DNA of 63,622 nt, from positions 1-63,622 of the IMG/VR virus record IMGVR_UViG_3300045747_000073; one strand, given 5' to 3'. A program made the position numbers and the translations under genes. Below, piece by piece: positions 58,338 to 63,622 of this stretch. A model generated the notes under the pieces. The model ran no database searches and was not told the DNA's origin. It saw only the letters and a list, made by a program, of their open reading frames with translations. Source of the stretch: a virus (lineage: Duplodnaviria; Caudoviricetes). The stretch's first letter is position 1; each line of letters begins with the position of its first letter.

Positions 58338-60719
58338 ATGTTAGCCCCATTGTCAGGCAAGCTTAAAATGAAGATGATGTTGGATCAAGCCAAGTCACAA
58401 GCAGATGAACAGCGTAAGCAAGAAAAGCATGATCTCACACTTGATGCACAAGCAAAGAAGGCTAACTTAGGTTTCCAGTTTGCTACTCGTGATCAGATCA
58501 TTAAAGAGAAGGCTAAGACTAGGGACCTAGGGCTAGCGCCCTCCCCCGTGCCTCCTCTCAACCCTATCCCAGAGATGGAAGAAGAATATGACCAACCTAC
58601 GAACCCTGAAGCTGGGCCTAGTGATGTTGTCCCTGCTATGCTTGCAGAAGGGGAGGCAGTTATTCCCGCTAAGGCTGCACAAGATCCAGAGAACAAAGCA
58701 GTAATTGCCTCTCTTGTTAACGAAGGAAGACAAGGCTTTGCTAAGGGCACAGTAAGTGTTCCTAAGCCCGGTAAGAACCGTACTGGTATCGTTGAGTATG
58801 ATAATTTGTTACCTACTATCCCTATTGTTGGGGTGAGAAGGAAGCTTAAGGGGTATGCTGCTGGATCGGTTGATATTGGGGATGAGCGCGAGAATTACAT
58901 GGCCTTGGCACGTACCCTTGGTCGTGTATCCGCTGATAAAGAACCAGAAAGCTTTGCCATTATAGCCAAAGAGTTACAGGATCAAGCAGGTGTAGTTAAC
59001 AACGGTCGTGTAACACCTGTTGTGGATGTTAACGCCATACCCCGGGCACAAGCGGATTATGACGAAATTGTTAGAGAGATGTCTCGTAACAAAAGCCCAG
59101 ATGCACAAGCGATACTTCAGGGTGAGTTAGACAAAGCTAAGAAAACGCTAGCTATGAAAAGTCCCTTGTATGATGTGCAGGTGGCTTCGCCAGATTCATT
59201 CACGGGTGTAAACCCAGACAGCCCCAACAAGAACTTACGTGCTCAAGGCACTAATGCAATACTACAGCCTAATGGAACAGTAACCACCACTAACACCAGT
59301 ATCAACGGGGCAACAGCCCAAGGTATCCCGCCTATCCAGACATTAGATCAGTTCAACGATTGGAAACGTTCTCGTCATCCGGGCTATGTTGATCCACCAC
59401 AGATTGATGCACTCGCGGGTATGCCTAGGAATGAAGCTGGGTTAGCCGGGGCAGAGCTACAGCCAGTACCCCAGCCAGAGCTAACAGACCCAGTAGCTAT
59501 CAATGCTCACCTTGGCTTTGTTGGTAATGAGTTCAGTGATCGTATTGGTCTGGAAGCAGATACACAAAAGGCTGCGGTAGCTAGTGGTGAGAAGACAACA
59601 GAAGAAGCGACAAGCTTCATGCAAGACTTCTTGTCAGGTATCTTCGGCAAAGACGGTATCATAAACTCCAAGACCCTTAGTAGGTTCGCCTTGCTAGGCG
59701 CTGGTGGTTTGATGACTGGTGGCTCGGTGAATGGTAGCCTTAAGTATGCTGCATTGGATTCGTTGAAGCAGTATGATTCGGGTAACCAAGCCCGTGCTGC
59801 TTCTGCTGCTGAACAGAGTAAGAACACCCGGGAACTAGGTGAGTCACGACAAGCTCAATACAATACAGCCTTGGCTACTACAGAGGTAACCCCCGAAGTC
59901 AAGCGTAAAGCAATTGAGATGGCAGGTGGCGGTACTGTATCGAATTACAACCAAGCTATCCAGTTCCTTGCTGCTAACTCTCAGGCTAAACCCTCTAAGG
60001 AAAACCAGCCTAAGTATGAGATGGGTTACGTTGGTGACACCCTTGTCCCTATCGTTATTCATAATGGAAATCGTTACCAGCAGTCACCAGACGGGAAACT
60101 CTTTACACCTAAACAGCCAGTATTAACTAGTGCTGAGTATGGTGACTTCGACAGGCGCACAGGTGATGACTTCGTTGCTCGTATTACTCCTGAGCTAGAG
60201 CTAGAGACAGGCCCAGACGGTAAGCCGATCGGTACGGCTGCAGCCACTTCAAAGGCTAAACAAATGTCCACTTGGTTCTCGGGTATGCGTAAGGACTTTG
60301 GGGGTGCTCTAGACCACTCAGCACTTGGGGCATTGCAAGCTAACACAGTAACACAACTCAAGGAGTCTGGTAAGCTGAACTCTCGCCTGTCTGAGGCCGG
60401 GTATAAAGCAGCCTTGTATGGTAATGCAGCTATTGCACTCCACCCGAACGATAAGAGCTTGTTTATGACACAGCAAGGTGACAAGACGGTACCACCATCT
60501 GGTGAGTCACTTGTTAAGTTTGGTTCTGCTGTGACTAATTATGCTAAGAAAGAGAACATTCCTTTTGAGAAGGCATCCTCTGATCTTATCAATGCTTGGA
60601 AGCTGCTACAACAACAAGACCCCAAGAAGGCTCAGCGTATGACCACAATGGCTAATGCAGTTAAGGATCAAACAATATCCCCAATGATGTTTTGGGCCGT
60701 GACAGAAGCAAATAAATAG
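58338..60719 (+). CDS. Large putative internal virion protein (793 aa)
   Basis: DVVPAMLAEGEAVIP motif; FAKG and YAAG motifs. Confidence 0.65.
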   Translation: MLAPLSGKLKMKMMLDQAKSQADEQRKQEKHDLTLDAQAKKANLGFQFATRDQIIKEKAKTRDLGLAPSPVPPLNPIPEMEEEYDQPTNPEAGPSDVVPAMLAEGEAVIPAKAAQDPENKAVIASLVNEGRQGFAKGTVSVPKPGKNRTGIVEYDNLLPTIPIVGVRRKLKGYAAGSVDIGDERENYMALARTLGRVSADKEPESFAIIAKELQDQAGVVNNGRVTPVVDVNAIPRAQADYDEIVREMSRNKSPDAQAILQGELDKAKKTLAMKSPLYDVQVASPDSFTGVNPDSPNKNLRAQGTNAILQPNGTVTTTNTSINGATAQGIPPIQTLDQFNDWKRSRHPGYVDPPQIDALAGMPRNEAGLAGAELQPVPQPELTDPVAINAHLGFVGNEFSDRIGLEADTQKAAVASGEKTTEEATSFMQDFLSGIFGKDGIINSKTLSRFALLGAGGLMTGGSVNGSLKYAALDSLKQYDSGNQARAASAAEQSKNTRELGESRQAQYNTALATTEVTPEVKRKAIEMAGGGTVSNYNQAIQFLAANSQAKPSKENQPKYEMGYVGDTLVPIVIHNGNRYQQSPDGKLFTPKQPVLTSAEYGDFDRRTGDDFVARITPELELETGPDGKPIGTAAATSKAKQMSTWFSGMRKDFGGALDHSALGALQANTVTQLKESGKLNSRLSEAGYKAALYGNAAIALHPNDKSLFMTQQGDKTVPPSGESLVKFGSAVTNYAKKENIPFEKASSDLINAWKLLQQQDPKKAQRMTTMANAVKDQTISPMMFWAVTEANK

Positions 60720-60726
60720 GAGTACT

Positions 60727-63622
60727 ATGGACGATTACCTGAAACAGGCTAAGGAGCTACGATTAAAAGCGGAAGCTGGCCAAGAACCTTTGCCAGAATT
60801 CTCTGTTGATGGTAAGCCCGTGGCACAACAAAGACAAGTGGATGCTGACACCCTTAATCTTGGTGGTGAAGCATTCCGGTTGAAGGGGTTTAATGCCCCT
60901 GAAATCGCTAAGAATCGGGCGGGGGTCTACACCCCGTCTGATGTTTCTAATGACCCCACTGAGCAGAACATGCGGAAGGTGGCTAGGCTTGGTGGTTACA
61001 CTAACCTTGCCAGAGATGGTAAGGATGCCTATGGCCGTACGGTAGCGGATCTGGGTGGCCTTGGTGATACAATGACTAGCCTAGGCCTCACCGATATTAA
61101 CTCTTTCTCTAATCCTGAAGCCATTCAACAAGGAATGAACTACAGCAATGCCAGTTCCTTGTTCCCAGAAGAAGCTAAGAAGGACCCATTGCTTGCTCTG
61201 TCTATGCAGAACAAGATTGATAGTCCTACTGTTCTGGTTCCTAAAGTTACTGTCCTGAATAAGTCGCAGTATGCAGAGACCAACCGTATGGCGGGGGTTG
61301 CAGCAGCTTCCGAAGCGGCTAAGGAGGTTGATCGTCTTACAAAGATACTCAACACCGAGCAACTACGCCCGGAACTTCGGGAGAAACTAACTAAGCAGCT
61401 AGGCATGGCGCAACAGCAGGTGTTCCTTGCTGCATCCACCCCAGCTATTGCGGGTAATGTATTGATCAATGACCAAGATCGTTACTTAGACAACCAAGCT
61501 AAGTCCCAGTTTTCTACTTCCCTGCACAATGCAGGATTAGAAATGCTCAGGCAGCTTGGGGGTATTGGTGAGATCTCTGGTGATCAACTCAAATGGGATT
61601 GGTTAGCTGATAAGGGCAAGAGCTATGCTCAGACCATTAAGGCCGAGCAGAATGATCTACCTGATACACTAAGCAGCTTTAAGGATATCAAGACAACTGA
61701 TACTTGGTCTACAGTCAAGGACACCACTACATATCTAGGCAATTTAATGGCAGGTACACTCCCATTCGTAGGTATGATGACAGCATCTACCCTAGCTACA
61801 GGGGGTATGAACCTCCCGGGCTTAGCTGCTATGGGTGTTGCTTCTATCCCAAGTGCTCTTATGTATACTGGTGGCTTCTACAATGACCAACCCGAAGGCA
61901 AGAAGAATGCGCCACTAGCTCTGTCTATGGGTGTGGCCTCTGGTGTTTTAGACACGTTTGGTCTTGGTGAGATGGCATTCAAACATGAACTGTTTAGTAT
62001 TGCTGGTAAGAAGGAGTTAGCTCAAGCCATTATCAAGTCTGGTAAGGCGGGTTCATTAGAAGAAGCTGAGAAGCTTATTGAGGATGCCACTAAGAAGCAG
62101 CTTGTTGATCTATCAACCATCGGTTCGGCCTTTGCTAGGTATCAATACCAATCCAAAGAAGCAGCATTACGCGGCTTGGGTTCCCTTGCTAAATCCACCG
62201 CTACCGAGGGTACCACTGAAGCACTCCAACAAACTGCCGAGATGGTGGCTAAGGGTGGTGAGTGGAATATGGATGCTCAATATGAGCGTGACTTCTACCA
62301 GCAGCTTCTTGACGCGGCTGTTGGTGGTGGCGCTATGGGCGGTGCATTCCACTCAGTAGGTGCGGTAAAAGATGCGGCTAGCTGGCATGCACTTGCTAAT
62401 GCGGGTGAAGCCTTCCAAGGCACCATGACAGAGGCACAACGTTTCCAAGCGGATAATCGTGAGAAGCTACTCGATAAATATGAGGGTGTTGCTGACCCAG
62501 AACAGTTTGGTGGTTACACTGATGTGAAACAGATGGCTGGGCAAGTTAGTTCTATGCCTACCAATTCACTTGAGCATGACATCCATAAGATACCTGTGGC
62601 TGATGGTGCATGGAACAGCTTTAAAGCTATTGTAACGGATCCCGCTAAACTACTTAGACAGCTTGTTGATACCGCCATTCCTACTATTACAAATGAAGAT
62701 GGAACGTTCAAGACTAACCTAGCCTACATCAAGGCTATTATGGGTGGATCTGGTATACTCCCGGGTGACAGCGCAGCAGGATATAAGCAGCGGCTCATGG
62801 GTCGTTGGGACTCGTCCACGGCTGAGGAACTGGCTACAAGCCTTAGGACTAGTGTGGCAAGAGCTAATGCTATGGTGCGTGAAGCTTGGCAAACCACTTG
62901 GTCTAAGAACGAGAAGCTTGATCCCACTAGCCCACTACAGCAATGGAAAGATAGGATGGACTCTACGTTAGCTGACATGTATAATGTGGCTTCCGAGGCT
63001 GGTGTGGATACTAGTGAAGTGGCTAGCCCACATGCTATGTTTGAGAGTTCGGCTGTACACCCAGAGACCATCATAGCAAACAAAGAGAAGATCATAAATG
63101 AGTTGGTCAACACTGGTGTTGCAAATCGAGCTATCGCTAAGGGTGCATTGGATAATCTGCTGTCGGGTGACCGTACTAAGGCCGCTAATGCTCGTGCATT
63201 CCTTGCTGAGCATGGTATGTTTACTAACCCCAAGCTTAATAAGTACTTGGAGAGCAACCTGTTCACTAGCATGGAGAACTTGAAGGATCGTCTTAGTTCT
63301 GCAGCAATGCACTCCACTTATTTAGGTCAGGATGGGTCTAACCTTGTTAAGCTCCTTGATCGTGCCCTGGCTAATGGTGAGCTTACGGAAGAAGAATACA
63401 AGCTTACCGCTAAGGAAGTAAAGGACTGGTACGACATAACTACGGGGCAGTATCATCCCTTGGATAAGACACCAAGACTCAAGAAGGTATTGGGGTGGGC
63501 AACCACACTAACCATGCTGGCTAGCCTAGGTAAGGCGGCTCTAAGCTCACAGGTAGAGCTTGCTATGTCTACCCTAGGTACGCCGGGTGACTTGGTAAAC
63601 AAGCAGATTAAGAGCTACACTA
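60727..63622 (+). CDS. 1380-aa putative internal virion protein with N-terminal SNase-like domain (continues to 1414)
   Basis: AGGAG RBS, ATG 60727; VDADT, RLKGFNAPE, DAYGRTVA; absent from the ORF track, consistent with running off the window end. Confidence 0.82.
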   Translation, partial: MDDYLKQAKELRLKAEAGQEPLPEFSVDGKPVAQQRQVDADTLNLGGEAFRLKGFNAPEIAKNRAGVYTPSDVSNDPTEQNMRKVARLGGYTNLARDGKDAYGRTVADLGGLGDTMTSLGLTDINSFSNPEAIQQGMNYSNASSLFPEEAKKDPLLALSMQNKIDSPTVLVPKVTVLNKSQYAETNRMAGVAAASEAAKEVDRLTKILNTEQLRPELREKLTKQLGMAQQQVFLAASTPAIAGNVLINDQDRYLDNQAKSQFSTSLHNAGLEMLRQLGGIGEISGDQLKWDWLADKGKSYAQTIKAEQNDLPDTLSSFKDIKTTDTWSTVKDTTTYLGNLMAGTLPFVGMMTASTLATGGMNLPGLAAMGVASIPSALMYTGGFYNDQPEGKKNAPLALSMGVASGVLDTFGLGEMAFKHELFSIAGKKELAQAIIKSGKAGSLEEAEKLIEDATKKQLVDLSTIGSAFARYQYQSKEAALRGLGSLAKSTATEGTTEALQQTAEMVAKGGEWNMDAQYERDFYQQLLDAAVGGGAMGGAFHSVGAVKDAASWHALANAGEAFQGTMTEAQRFQADNREKLLDKYEGVADPEQFGGYTDVKQMAGQVSSMPTNSLEHDIHKIPVADGAWNSFKAIVTDPAKLLRQLVDTAIPTITNEDGTFKTNLAYIKAIMGGSGILPGDSAAGYKQRLMGRWDSSTAEELATSLRTSVARANAMVREAWQTTWSKNEKLDPTSPLQQWKDRMDSTLADMYNVASEAGVDTSEVASPHAMFESSAVHPETIIANKEKIINELVNTGVANRAIAKGALDNLLSGDRTKAANARAFLAEHGMFTNPKLNKYLESNLFTSMENLKDRLSSAAMHSTYLGQDGSNLVKLLDRALANGELTEEEYKLTAKEVKDWYDITTGQYHPLDKTPRLKKVLGWATTLTMLASLGKAALSSQVELAMSTLGTPGDLVNKQIKSYT
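63456..63622. repeat. Terminal overlap with 1-167
   Basis: 166 of 167 positions identical. Confidence 0.97.

Noticed and set aside
63456-63622. Physical direct terminal repeat
   Set aside because: Falls inside a continuous coding frame; better explained as assembly overlap
1-63622. tRNA genes, integrase/repressor, spanins, host assignment
   Set aside because: None recognisable by eye; tRNAscan-SE, HMM searches and spacer matching would be needed

Overview
The window is a complete, circularly closed tailed-phage genome of about 63,455 bp (positions 1-167 repeat at 63456-63622), most likely a lytic podovirus. It has two arms. A leftward (-) arm runs from ~31290 to ~5200 and holds early genes, SSB, ligase, family-A DNA polymerase, exonuclease, primase-helicase, a 729-aa T7-like RNA polymerase, an intron-split class II RNR and Dps. 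A rightward (+) late arm runs from ~31620 through the junction to 5149 and holds terminase, portal, scaffold, capsid, fibres, lysis and ejection proteins. The arms converge on one terminator at ~5150-5200. The main finding is an apparent two-polymerase transcription system. The last late gene (1415-5149, 1244 aa) carries divergent single-subunit RNAP motifs A, B and C and is a candidate compact virion-packaged RNAP. Three covarying double-hairpin elements with a C-GTA-G triloop in the early region are candidate N4-style promoters for it. A separate 17-bp promoter (TAGYYGGTACCTAWWRG, 11 copies in two sub-classes) plausibly serves the second RNAP. Other points: a group I intron splitting the catalytic Cys codon of nrdJ and carrying an internal phage promoter, six GIY-YIG genes, a displaced terS-like cassette, an SNase-like domain on a 1380-aa putative ejection protein missed by the ORF track, and a 157-nt tract with a single T at the divergence point. 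All calls come from motif reading by eye. No database search was run, so novelty and host are unverified.
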